Source of the DNA: a virus
DNA: 43,140 nt
Virus record (IMG/VR): IMGVR_UViG_3300002920_000041
Coordinates: 1 to 43,140 of that record
Direction: 5' to 3' (one strand)
Shown here: piece by piece, positions 22,694-31,535 of the stretch
Layout of the letters: each line of letters starts with the position of its first letter
Position numbering within the stretch: position 1 is the first letter of the stretch
Program-made: the position numbers and the translations under genes
The notes under the pieces: model-generated
Database searches by the model: none
Told to the model about the DNA's origin: nothing
The model's input: only the letters and a program-made list of their open reading frames with translations

Positions 22694-25162
22694 ATGGCAA
22701 AACGCGGGGCTATCCGCCGCAAATTGGCGCGGCGCTTTCAAGCGAGCCAACAGTTCAGCAGGGCGTGGTATGTCGGCGACGCGACGCGCTCTGACAAGTT
22801 GCCTGCAGCCGATGTGAGCGTTGGCAACGCCGGGCTATTCAATCGCGATGAGCAGGCTGCGATTTACGCCGCGTCAATTACTGCGTGGGCTTGTGTAAAG
22901 TTCAGGGCGGACGCCGTATCGAACATCGATTTGGTTGTGCAGAGCGATCTCGATTCGCAGCTAGAGTATTCCCCCGCCCGCGATTTTGTTGAGAACTCGC
23001 GTGAGCTGCTGTGGTTGCTGACAGCGTCCCTTTTGGTCTTTGGCAACGCCTTTCTGTACAAGGTTCGCAATGAATACGGCTTGCCGACTGCAGTGACCTT
23101 CATATCGCCGATGGACGTTACTGTGCAGAGCGATTTGATGACAGGCGAGCCGTCCCGTTTTCTGCTGACTAATTCCCTGCAGGAAATCCCGCAACGCGAC
23201 TTGATTTTCTTGCGCTTGCCAACACCGCTAGGCACGCGGTATGGCAACTCTCCTTCCGATATTGTCCGTTATCGGGCGGTAGCAGAGCGCAATTTGGGTG
23301 AATGGTCGCGTCAGTTCTTTGCCAACTCCGCGCGCCCTGATGGGCTGCTCATATTTGAAGGCATGATTACGCCTGAGCAGCTTGAGCGGCAAAAGGAGGC
23401 TTGGCAGCAGATGCGCAGCCCTAGCAATGCGTGGAAAACGTTTGTCGCGGGGTCGACACAAGGCGGCAAATGGACGTGGCAGCCTATTACACCACCTCCG
23501 ACTGATTTGGCGATGCGGGATTTCCTAGACCAAATTCGCTTTGATATATGCGCGGCTTATCAGGTGCATCCTACACTGTTAGGCGGCAGCCCGTCAGACC
23601 CGCTCGGCGCGTCGAACACATACAACGATGTATGGCTAAATCATGTCAAGCATGTGGCTTTGCCCATGCTTCGCATGATACTAGAAGGGGTGAATCGCCA
23701 ATGGTTGCACAGCGATTTCGCCAATATTGGCTACGAGCTTAGCATCGAAGTCGACCTGAACAAACTGAACAGAATCATTTTGGCGACGCCTGAACGCTTC
23801 AGCATGTCAACGGCAGCCTTCAATAGCGGGGTCATGACCTTAGACGAGGCGCGCCAATTCATAGGCTTGCAACCATCGTCAGTCGGCTTTTCGACAGACG
23901 CCTCTCGCGTCCTGCCCTTTTATCAGGGCGGCGTCGTGACCTTAAACGAAGTCAGAGCCGCGCTTGGTCTAGAAGCTTTACCAACAGGCAATGTCGTGTT
24001 GGTCAACGGAGTGCCGACTCCGATTGCCGATATCGGCAAGCCTGCTCTGCAGCCTCTGCTGCCGCCGCTGCCGCCGCCGACTCAATTGCCTTTGATTGAG
24101 GACTTACCTGCTCAAGACCAAACCGCTTTGTCGGCTGAAGAGGACGCGCCGCTAAGTGCTGAGCAGATCGCCGAGCTGCGCAGTTGGCATTCGGCTGTCC
24201 TTAGCCATGCAATTCATTACGGCGATTTCAACGCGCCTTTCAAAGCGGTCAAATTGCCTCAAAAATTGGCGAATTGGGTGTCTGAACAGCTGAAGGGCTA
24301 TTGGAATCCAGACTTGATTTTTGAGCGCGCTGCACGGCTTGAAATTGACGCTCCGATTGAAGCTTCAGACGGCAGCGCCTTTTGGCGGCAATTAGAGAGC
24401 GAGCCTTCACTGAACACGCTTTTCGCTGACCTGTTTGTGGAATCACAGCAGCTTAGCGAGGATGATTGGTCTGAGCTTGAGGCGCTTGTGAGCAGCACGC
24501 CGTCTTCTGAATTAGAAGTCGAGCTGTTGAGATGGTTTTCCGAATGGCTTGAGCGCCATGCGACTGATTATGAGCAGCGTTTTGCAAAACATCTTGCAGG
24601 CGCTTTTGTCGGTGGCGTCAAGGCGGCGGATGAGCAGTTGCGCAGCGCCGTTGTCAAGCGCGATTTGACTTTCGCAATTGATTGGAATCTAATCGCGGAC
24701 GAGGCGGTCTCTTACGCGCTTACTCAGTCAGCGCAGTTGGTCAGGCAAATCAACCAAACGACTTTGCTGCAATTGCAGCAGGTGATTGCTGACGCTGTCA
24801 AGCAAGGCGCTTCTATCCCGCAATTGCGCGATGCCATTGCGCGGGTGTTCGCGGTTCAGGGCTATCCAATTTCGCAGCAATTGATGAATCGCGCGCAGAT
24901 GATAGCGGAGACAGAACTGACCCGTGTTTACGCTGAAGGAGCTTTTGAGCGATACAAGACCGCCGGCGTAACCCGCGCGATATGGCAGACGGCGCAAGAC
25001 AAAGACGTTTGCCCTGTTTGCCGATCGCGCCATAACGCTGTCAGCGATTTCAAGCGCGGGTGGCGATCGGCTTTAGATGGTCAATACCTGACACCACCGG
25101 CGCACCCTCGCTGCCGTTGCTTCACACTGCCTGTGGTTGAGGGGGTCACCGATGTCGGCTGA
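22694..25162 (+). CDS. Portal protein fused to a MuF/SPP1 gp7-like minor head protein domain
   Basis: ATG lies 6 nt after AAGGAG. The N-terminal ~430 aa are portal-sized, followed by a Pro-rich linker LQPLLPPLPPPTQLP. The C-terminal part has IAETELTRVYAEG...WQTAQDKDVCPVCRSRHN...PPAHPRCRC, typical of the Mu F family. Confidence 0.75.
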   Translation: MAKRGAIRRKLARRFQASQQFSRAWYVGDATRSDKLPAADVSVGNAGLFNRDEQAAIYAASITAWACVKFRADAVSNIDLVVQSDLDSQLEYSPARDFVENSRELLWLLTASLLVFGNAFLYKVRNEYGLPTAVTFISPMDVTVQSDLMTGEPSRFLLTNSLQEIPQRDLIFLRLPTPLGTRYGNSPSDIVRYRAVAERNLGEWSRQFFANSARPDGLLIFEGMITPEQLERQKEAWQQMRSPSNAWKTFVAGSTQGGKWTWQPITPPPTDLAMRDFLDQIRFDICAAYQVHPTLLGGSPSDPLGASNTYNDVWLNHVKHVALPMLRMILEGVNRQWLHSDFANIGYELSIEVDLNKLNRIILATPERFSMSTAAFNSGVMTLDEARQFIGLQPSSVGFSTDASRVLPFYQGGVVTLNEVRAALGLEALPTGNVVLVNGVPTPIADIGKPALQPLLPPLPPPTQLPLIEDLPAQDQTALSAEEDAPLSAEQIAELRSWHSAVLSHAIHYGDFNAPFKAVKLPQKLANWVSEQLKGYWNPDLIFERAARLEIDAPIEASDGSAFWRQLESEPSLNTLFADLFVESQQLSEDDWSELEALVSSTPSSELEVELLRWFSEWLERHATDYEQRFAKHLAGAFVGGVKAADEQLRSAVVKRDLTFAIDWNLIADEAVSYALTQSAQLVRQINQTTLLQLQQVIADAVKQGASIPQLRDAIARVFAVQGYPISQQLMNRAQMIAETELTRVYAEGAFERYKTAGVTRAIWQTAQDKDVCPVCRSRHNAVSDFKRGWRSALDGQYLTPPAHPRCRCFTLPVVEGVTDVG

Positions 25163-25688
25163 AGACTTGGCGCGGTTCACAGTCTATATTTCACAGCGAG
25201 TATCGCAGCAGGCGTTAGAAGCCGCTTTTCTGCAGGCGGCGCGAAAAACAGGCGTCGCTATGGAAAGCCTTGTGCTGCCCATCCCGCCTCCGCCACGCCG
25301 CCCTTTAGCGCCTGTCTACACGCTCAACGGCAAGCCGAGCAAATTCAAGACGGAAAGGCAACGCCGTTACGTTATGCGGGCGATACGTTCAGGCGCGATT
25401 CGCGTCCCTTATCGACGCACCAATTCAATGTACAGAAGCCTGACAAGCAAGGCGGAGGTGAAGGGCGGTAGCGTTTACATCACAGTCGGGTCGAACAAAT
25501 CTTACGCGCCGTATGTGATCGGGTTTCCTAGACAGGCGGGTTTGACCTATCCGCGCGGCTCAAATCAGCAGAGTTTCTACCATCGCCAAACAGGGCATAA
25601 GAGCTTGCCTGAGCAGATTAGCCGCCAATTGCCGCGTCTGATGAGCATTTTTCTGAGCGAGCTTCGAAACAACCTTTCGACGCCTTAA
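25152..25688 (+). CDS. Hypothetical head-associated protein; possible HK97 gp10-like (SNKSYAPYVIG)
   Basis: The ATG at 25152 follows GAGGGGG and overlaps the portal stop. The resemblance to gp10 is weak. Confidence 0.6.
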   Translation: MSAEDLARFTVYISQRVSQQALEAAFLQAARKTGVAMESLVLPIPPPPRRPLAPVYTLNGKPSKFKTERQRRYVMRAIRSGAIRVPYRRTNSMYRSLTSKAEVKGGSVYITVGSNKSYAPYVIGFPRQAGLTYPRGSNQQSFYHRQTGHKSLPEQISRQLPRLMSIFLSELRNNLSTP

Positions 25689-25720
25689 AGCGTCTCTCAT
25701 CATTCTCTCATCTAAGGTGC

Positions 25721-25748
25721 TTGACAGGGATTTTGAGTGTGCTATACT
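25721..25748 (+). promoter_or_regulatory. Near-consensus sigma-70-type promoter with extended -10, driving the moron gene
   Basis: TTGACA (25721-25726), a 16-nt spacer, then TGcTATACT (-10 at 25743-25748). Confidence 0.6.
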
Positions 25749-25812
25749 TTGAATTGTAAGCGCACCAATCAAGGTGACAAGCGCAAAAAACCGAAGGAAA
25801 AGGAAAAGAAAC

Positions 25813-26193
25813 ATGATCAACCTTAACGCCATTTCAGTCCCATCATACGCCTACGATTTCAAGAAGCAAATCCTCCTAGTTTTTGACGGGAAGGAAGTTG
25901 TGGTGGATGGTGGTGATAAGATTCGCAAAGTTTGGGCGGCCCAATCCAATCTCTCTTTTTTGAAGGCAGTTAAGCCCTTATCTTTTTGGTCGCCTTCAGA
26001 GACTGAGGCACGCTCTATTCACATTTTCGCGCGAGTTGGTGTGTGGGTTTACCGATTCTCTCGTCTTGATTACACTCTCACGAAGAGACGTGGTAAAGGC
26101 GATTTACCGACAGGCAGCTTTTACAGCCCTGACGATCTTGGGTTGTTGTCAAATTTCTGGTTCATTTCGCTAGATGAGGCTTGGAACGCATAA
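25813..26193 (+). CDS. Hypothetical protein (126 aa) in an autonomous promoter-gene-terminator cassette (moron)
   Basis: The ATG at 25813 follows a purine-rich AAGGAAAAGGAAAAG. Counting 60-nt lines gives about 45-50% GC here against about 53-65% in neighbouring genes. No motif recognised. Confidence 0.7.
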   Translation: MINLNAISVPSYAYDFKKQILLVFDGKEVVVDGGDKIRKVWAAQSNLSFLKAVKPLSFWSPSETEARSIHIFARVGVWVYRFSRLDYTLTKRRGKGDLPTGSFYSPDDLGLLSNFWFISLDEAWNA

Positions 26194-26205
26194 TTGCTCA
26201 TCTTC

Positions 26206-26229
26206 AAGCGCCCGAAAGGGCGCTTTTTT
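26206..26229 (+). terminator. Rho-independent terminator 1 of a tandem pair
   Basis: AAGCGCCC, loop GAAA, GGGCGCTT running into TTTTTT. Confidence 0.8.
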
Positions 26230-26242
26230 ATTTCCTTCGACT

Positions 26243-26270
26243 AAGACCGCGCGAGCGGTCTTTTTGTTTT
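26243..26270 (+). terminator. Rho-independent terminator 2 of a tandem pair
   Basis: AAGACCGC, loop GCGA, GCGGTCTT followed by TTTGTTTT. Confidence 0.75.
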
Positions 26271-26312
26271 ACCTCACAAGCGCCTTGCTAAGTTCGCCAT
26301 AGAGGAGGCGCT

Positions 26313-28454
26313 ATGGGCTGCAAGTACGCTTTTGTCCGCGCAACAGACGGCGATCATATTCAAGGCTATTTGGCGTTGTGGGGTTCACCCGATCAGCCTG
26401 ACTGTTTTGGCACGTGGTTCGACCGCGATGAGCCACCGGACTTTGGTTTGATTGACGGCGCGCCTATTCGGCTGATGTATGAGCATGGACAAGACCCTGA
26501 GGTCGGCAAGACGGTCATTGGCAAGGTCGTGCGCACATGGCATGACGATGTAGGCATCGCCTTTGAAGCGGTCTTGTTTTCAGATAATCATCATTATCGG
26601 AAGTTGCTCAATGAAATCCGACTAGGCTTGCTCGGCGTCAGCAGCGCGTCTGCTGAACACCTTGCCGAGTTCGATGAGGACGGGCGGTTCAGGACGTGGT
26701 TGCTATCGGAGGTCAGTCTTACGAAACGCCCTTGCGAGCCGCGCATGAAGGTATTGCATGTCGAGTTAACGCGGGACGCGATTCCTGTTTACCGCGCTAA
26801 GTTGGTCTCAGATGAGACTGCGAGGAGAGATGAAATGGCTACACGGTCTTTTGAAGAGATGGGCATCCCATCCGATGTTGACGCCACCCAGCTTCTGTCG
26901 TCACTGATTGAGCGCGACGGAGTCGAGAGCGTCATTGCGCTTTTGAAGGCGATGGTAGGCGTCGATGCAATGCCTAGCAATATGGCGGAGCTTGCCGAAT
27001 CCGTCGCGCAATCGACTGATGAGGACACGGCGGTCAGCACCGCAAATAGCGCGCCTGAGGCGGATATGACTGAAGAGGACGAGGACGCTACTGAGACCGC
27101 CAGACCCAATCCCGCCCGCCCGCGCCAAAAGGTCACCGCTGACCCTAAAGCCGTCGCGCAAGAGATGCTGCGCATGGTCATGCAGCAGCCTAAAGAGCGC
27201 AAGCCTGTTATCACAGGTGTCCGAGATCGCTTTTATGACACCTTTACGCCTGGACAATTGGCTTTCGGTTACCAGACTGTCCAGCGGCTTGTCAAGGATG
27301 GTCGTTTGGAAAGTTCAGCGCTGCGCGGAGATTTTGCAGCTAAATTGGCGGCGAAGACCCGTTCGGAGGTGGCTCGCGGCGCGTATGCGCGGCTAATGCC
27401 GCCTTACCGCGCGGATGAAGTCGTGAACACAGGGCAGACGGGTTACGGCGCGGAATGGATGCAAACGCTGCCTGGTACTGAGCTGTGGGAAAAGGTCTAC
27501 AGTGAAGCCCGCCTTTTCAACGCCCTTGTCGAGCGCGGGCTTAACTATGGCGAAATCCCTCGTGGACACAATCAAGAGACGATTTTGGTCGAGGGTGCTA
27601 GTCCTACGTTTTACGTCGCTGGCGAGGTCACTGACGTCGCCTCAGGCAGCGCTTTACCAACTCCTAAATTCGCGGTCTCAAAGTTCGCGACTGCAAAGCG
27701 CACGTTGAGCATCAAAAAGCTCGGCGCTGCTGTCGTGCTGACGCGCGAGATGGAAGAGGACACAATCTTTGATGTTCTCACGCAAACGTACACTCAATTG
27801 CAGCGCAAGGCGACGGAGGAGATTGAGTACATCCTGATTAACGGCGACGAGGCGACCGCTGCCAACACGAATATCAATCTCATCGACGGCACTCCTAGCG
27901 GCGGCACGACACGCCCGTCTTACCTGCTCTTCAACGGCATTTTGAAGCTGCCGCTCGTGACAAACACGGCGCTTGCTTATGACGCGCTTAACACGCTCTC
28001 GCCCGCCGTTTTCCTTGAGCTGCTCAAGCGTTTGCCAGCCGCTGACCAAATCCCTAGCGACCGTCTGCTGTTTGTGATGGATATGGACACGGCAATCAAG
28101 ACGATGTCGCTTGCTGAAGTGCAGACGCGCGATGTGTTCAGTTTGGCGACCCTTGAGAACGGCATGTTGCCTTTCCTGTACAAGATAGGCGTCCTGCCGA
28201 GCGCTTTCATGTACAAGGGGCGGGCTTTGGATGGTAAGCGTTCAGCTACAGAAGCGAATAACAATCGCGGGCGCATAGCGCTAGTCCGTGCTGATCGCTG
28301 GGCTTTCCGCTTCAAGCGCCAAATCGAGGTCGAGACAGACCGCAACGTCTATACGGACAGCACGACAGTCGTGTGTTTCCTGCGCTGCGGTTTCACTAAC
28401 TTCTCTGACTCGACGGGCGCGACTGCTGCTTACAACGTCGGCGTGACGATCTAA
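26313..28454 (+). CDS. Prohead protease, acidic scaffold-like linker and HK97-fold major capsid protein in one ORF (713 aa)
   Basis: GAGGAGG SD. The N-terminus GYLALWGSPDQPDCFGTWFD...IRLMYEHG...IGKV...DDVGIAFEAVLF fits the caudoviral prohead serine protease pattern. The middle segment is rich in D/E/A/T. The C-terminal ~400 aa are capsid-sized, in the position expected for a capsid gene. Confidence 0.7.
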   Translation: MGCKYAFVRATDGDHIQGYLALWGSPDQPDCFGTWFDRDEPPDFGLIDGAPIRLMYEHGQDPEVGKTVIGKVVRTWHDDVGIAFEAVLFSDNHHYRKLLNEIRLGLLGVSSASAEHLAEFDEDGRFRTWLLSEVSLTKRPCEPRMKVLHVELTRDAIPVYRAKLVSDETARRDEMATRSFEEMGIPSDVDATQLLSSLIERDGVESVIALLKAMVGVDAMPSNMAELAESVAQSTDEDTAVSTANSAPEADMTEEDEDATETARPNPARPRQKVTADPKAVAQEMLRMVMQQPKERKPVITGVRDRFYDTFTPGQLAFGYQTVQRLVKDGRLESSALRGDFAAKLAAKTRSEVARGAYARLMPPYRADEVVNTGQTGYGAEWMQTLPGTELWEKVYSEARLFNALVERGLNYGEIPRGHNQETILVEGASPTFYVAGEVTDVASGSALPTPKFAVSKFATAKRTLSIKKLGAAVVLTREMEEDTIFDVLTQTYTQLQRKATEEIEYILINGDEATAANTNINLIDGTPSGGTTRPSYLLFNGILKLPLVTNTALAYDALNTLSPAVFLELLKRLPAADQIPSDRLLFVMDMDTAIKTMSLAEVQTRDVFSLATLENGMLPFLYKIGVLPSAFMYKGRALDGKRSATEANNNRGRIALVRADRWAFRFKRQIEVETDRNVYTDSTTVVCFLRCGFTNFSDSTGATAAYNVGVTI

Positions 28455-28464
28455 GGGGGTCATC

Positions 28465-28812
28465 ATGCTGCTGAACATTAAGCAAGGGCAAGTCGGTAGT
28501 GTGTTGCGTAAGGTTGTCAGCGTGGCAGGCGCTGACAGCCTGAGCCTCTCTGAAGGCGGAGTCCTGAGACTGACTGGTGCTGCTGCTTATGACGTGACCC
28601 TGAATCGCCCGCGTGTCGGCGCGGAGCTGATTGTCCTCAATCGGGGCAGCGCGGCAATCACCGTTACGTTCCCTGCAGGATTCACGTGGGATGGCACCAA
28701 CCGCCGAGCCAGTTTGCCTGCTAACGCTGTGGTCTACGCAATCGCGGAAAGCTCCGATCGGATGATTGTCATCACGTCGGTCGGCACAATTACCTACTCG
28801 AATCCAGCATGA
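28465..28812 (+). CDS. Small head-associated protein (115 aa), function unknown
   Basis: GGGGG SD. Located directly after the capsid gene. Confidence 0.7.
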   Translation: MLLNIKQGQVGSVLRKVVSVAGADSLSLSEGGVLRLTGAAAYDVTLNRPRVGAELIVLNRGSAAITVTFPAGFTWDGTNRRASLPANAVVYAIAESSDRMIVITSVGTITYSNPA

Positions 28813-29636
28813 CGACCAAGCCACTGTTGCGAATCGGCGAGTTCAAGACGCTCGCCAATATCACTTCAAACAGCGCCGATTCGCAACTTCTGACGCTAAT
28901 CGAGGCGGAGAGCGAATTTGTCACGGCGCGTTGCCAAAGGCGATTCGATCCGCATGTTGTGACGTTACGGCTTACCGCCGCGCCGACTTATCGCGGCGGT
29001 AACGTATCATCATCGAACAGCCGTGTGCTGTTGCTAGACTACGATGTGCAAAAGCTCATCAGCGTGACAAACGGCGATTCGGCGCAGACGGCTATCGCAC
29101 TTGCTGACGTTGAGCTTGACAAGACGTTGCGAACTTTGCGCCTGTTGAGCGATTCGCTCACATGGCAGAGCGATGCTGCTGACGGCAAGTTCATAGAGGT
29201 CAAGGCGGAATGTGGTTTCGGTTACCGCTTTGAGGACAAGGGCAAGACGCTTAGCGCTGCGCTGACCAATACCGCAACGACCTTTCAAAGCGCGGGCGGT
29301 TTTGAGCGCGGTCAACTTGTCAGGATAGATGATGAGTTTCTGTACATTACGGCAGCGAACGCGCCGAATTACACGGTCGAGCGCGGCGCTAACGGGACGA
29401 CGGCAGCTGCACACGCGAATGGCGCGGCGATTTTAGAGTTTGAAGCGCACCCGTCTGTGAAAGATTATGTCAAGCGGGGTGTGCAGCTGCGCTTATCGCA
29501 GACGGGCGCTGTTGTGATAGGGACAAACGCGGCGGGCGACCCCATCTTGCAAAGCATCGGGTCAGCGCGAGCTGCGCTTGTGCAGAGCCTAGCTTTAGAA
29601 GGCTTAGTCGACTTGAAAGGTTTTGGCGGCGTATGA
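28809..29636 (+). CDS. Head-tail connector or adaptor (gp6-like N-terminus) with an extended C-terminal domain
   Basis: ATGA overlap. The N-terminus LLRIGEFKTLANITSNSADSQLLTLIEAESEFVTARCQRRF resembles head-tail connector family openings. The call is partly positional. Confidence 0.5.
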   Translation: MTTKPLLRIGEFKTLANITSNSADSQLLTLIEAESEFVTARCQRRFDPHVVTLRLTAAPTYRGGNVSSSNSRVLLLDYDVQKLISVTNGDSAQTAIALADVELDKTLRTLRLLSDSLTWQSDAADGKFIEVKAECGFGYRFEDKGKTLSAALTNTATTFQSAGGFERGQLVRIDDEFLYITAANAPNYTVERGANGTTAAAHANGAAILEFEAHPSVKDYVKRGVQLRLSQTGAVVIGTNAAGDPILQSIGSARAALVQSLALEGLVDLKGFGGV

Positions 29637-30136
29637 CGGTAACAGTCGACTTATGCGAACGGATTGCGGAATGCGTCAGGCAAATTGACGGAGTCAAGCG
29701 CTGCTTTGAGCTGCCGCCGACGGTAGCGCCAAATGACATTGAAGCGCCTTTGGCTTACATCATCCCGCAAGACGTTGTGAATGCCTTACCGTTTGGTCAG
29801 GCGGGTTCACAAATCGTGACCCGCAATTTTCAGGTTGTTTTCCTGATTGCGGAGCTTACGTCTTCACTAGGAATCGATGACGGCGATAAGGGCGTCACGG
29901 CGGCGAGGACGGCGCTCAACATCTGCGACCGCGCCATCAGTTATTTCATGACAAACCCGCGCCTGCAGGTTCGCTCAAATGGCGTTCTGCTGCAGGACGC
30001 CTTTGCTAAGTTGAGTAGCGACGTGAGCGTTACTGCGTCGGGGCTTATCACGACAAATTACGCGGAGCGCGACTTCATTAGCTTCAACCTAAACATGACA
30101 GTCGCGTATCGGCTAATCACGGATCAGGTCAATTAG
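29633..30136 (+). CDS. Head-closure or tail-completion protein (positional call)
   Basis: ATGA overlap. Lies between the connector and the major tail gene. Confidence 0.45.
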   Translation: MTVTVDLCERIAECVRQIDGVKRCFELPPTVAPNDIEAPLAYIIPQDVVNALPFGQAGSQIVTRNFQVVFLIAELTSSLGIDDGDKGVTAARTALNICDRAISYFMTNPRLQVRSNGVLLQDAFAKLSSDVSVTASGLITTNYAERDFISFNLNMTVAYRLITDQVN

Positions 30137-30150
30137 ACAGGGGGTAGGAA

Positions 30151-31002
30151 ATGCCAAAAGGCTATGGTGCAGGACTTCAGACGGCGCTCATCTATCTCGT
30201 GAACGATGAGGGCTATCCAACAGGTCAGTCTGTGACCTTGAGCAATGGCAGCTCATCGAATGCGTATTATTTGCCTGATGTGCGCACAGCGCAGGTCTCA
30301 TTTGCTGACGCGACCGTCGTCGATGTGACGGGCGGCGATAAGCCGCGTTTGGCGAGCTTCAACTTTGGCGGGCGGCAGTTGAGTCAATTCGACATGGTAT
30401 GCCCTCTGATTGACCCAGCGCTCGTCGCGCTTTTGTCAGGCTCGACTGTTGATACAACATCTAATCAGAAGTTTGAGCTGTACAGCACTAACACGAATCG
30501 CGACCTACCTCGCATCGGCGGCGTCATTTTGCAACAGCGTTTCCAAGAGAAAGAAGGCGGCGCTTCAAAGATTCGGTCGCTTGTGATTCCACGCGCGGAG
30601 CTGACGATTAAGACGGGCGGGTTTGAGTTTCAAGCGCCGTCTGATGTGACCATCACGGTCAACCCGCTGATGGCGACTCGCTCTGCGAACGGAATCCCGT
30701 TCAGCAGCTTGGGCATGGGTTTGGAAGATAACCGTGTTGACCACTACGAGATTATCAGCAGCAAGCGGTTGAATTTGCTTGTGTTTCGCGGCAATGGCAC
30801 GGCGACCTCCGTTACGGGCGCTTATCGACCGACATCGGCAGACACAAGCAATACAAACGGGTCGAACTGGCTCGCTGTCAACGGCGTCAGCACGGCGTTG
30901 AGCAGCGTTAACACCTCTTCAGCCATCTTCACCTTCAGCGCAGCGCCTGCAGCTGGTGCTTACGCGGTAATCTTGTACGAGACTGACTTCGTAACGCCGT
31001 AA
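30151..31002 (+). CDS. Major tail protein (positional call)
   Basis: 283 aa, immediately upstream of the chaperone pair and tape measure, and followed by a strong terminator, as is usual for an abundantly expressed tail tube gene. Confidence 0.6.
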   Translation: MPKGYGAGLQTALIYLVNDEGYPTGQSVTLSNGSSSNAYYLPDVRTAQVSFADATVVDVTGGDKPRLASFNFGGRQLSQFDMVCPLIDPALVALLSGSTVDTTSNQKFELYSTNTNRDLPRIGGVILQQRFQEKEGGASKIRSLVIPRAELTIKTGGFEFQAPSDVTITVNPLMATRSANGIPFSSLGMGLEDNRVDHYEIISSKRLNLLVFRGNGTATSVTGAYRPTSADTSNTNGSNWLAVNGVSTALSSVNTSSAIFTFSAAPAAGAYAVILYETDFVTP

Positions 31003-31018
31003 TCTTAATCGAGTTAAG

Positions 31019-31041
31019 GGCGGCGTCGAGCCGCCTTTTTT
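31019..31041 (+). terminator. Rho-independent terminator after the major tail gene
   Basis: GGCGGC, loop gtcga, GCCGCC followed by TTTTTT. Confidence 0.8.
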
Positions 31042-31055
31042 AGACGGAGGCAAGT

Positions 31056-31535
31056 ATGAGCAGATTTCTCAAGTCAAAAGCGGTCACGGCGTTTGATGGA
31101 CGCCTGCAAATCACCTTCAAACCACAGACGCTAGGCTTGCTCATTGAGGCTGATGAATTCGTGACGGAATTTGAAGCCTTGCTTGATGATTACCGCATCA
31201 AAACCGAGACCAAAAAGGCGCTACAGGATATCGCATCTGAATACGCGACCTTGCTCGTCGCGACTGAGTCCGTTTCGGTCAAAGCCTCTGATTGCTCAGG
31301 TGATGCGGTCATCGATGCTTTTGTAGAGTGGTTTGACGATCTCGATTTAGATGAGACGGATTTCGCGGATTTGTGGGCGGCGCGGCTTGAAATGCCTGAT
31401 TGGATAGTCTCGGAATGGAGTCGGGCATATCTTGAGGCGCAACGGCTGAACCCTGACAAGGCAAGCGCGCCCGCCGAAACGCTTAGCAATGCAGAGCAGG
31501 AGTCGCTAAAGAGCGAAGATAGCCCTTTAGCATGA
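31056..31535 (+). CDS. Tail assembly chaperone (G-like)
   Basis: Acidic 159-aa ORF between the major tail and tape measure genes. It ends in the slippery site CCCTTTA. Confidence 0.65.
   Translation: MSRFLKSKAVTAFDGRLQITFKPQTLGLLIEADEFVTEFEALLDDYRIKTETKKALQDIASEYATLLVATESVSVKASDCSGDAVIDAFVEWFDDLDLDETDFADLWAARLEMPDWIVSEWSRAYLEAQRLNPDKASAPAETLSNAEQESLKSEDSPLA
31523..31529 (+). promoter_or_regulatory. Candidate programmed -1 ribosomal frameshift heptamer C_CCT_TTA
   Basis: It fits X_XXY_YYZ in the zero frame of 31056..31535, two codons before its stop. A -1 slip reads CCC TTT AGC ATG AGG..., entering the frame of 31532..31825. Confidence 0.55.

Noticed and set aside
26789-28345. Minus-strand ORFs of 118-141 aa inside the capsid gene
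   Set aside because: They are antisense shadows within a long, well-supported plus-strand ORF, with Ser/Ala/Arg-rich, low-information translations.
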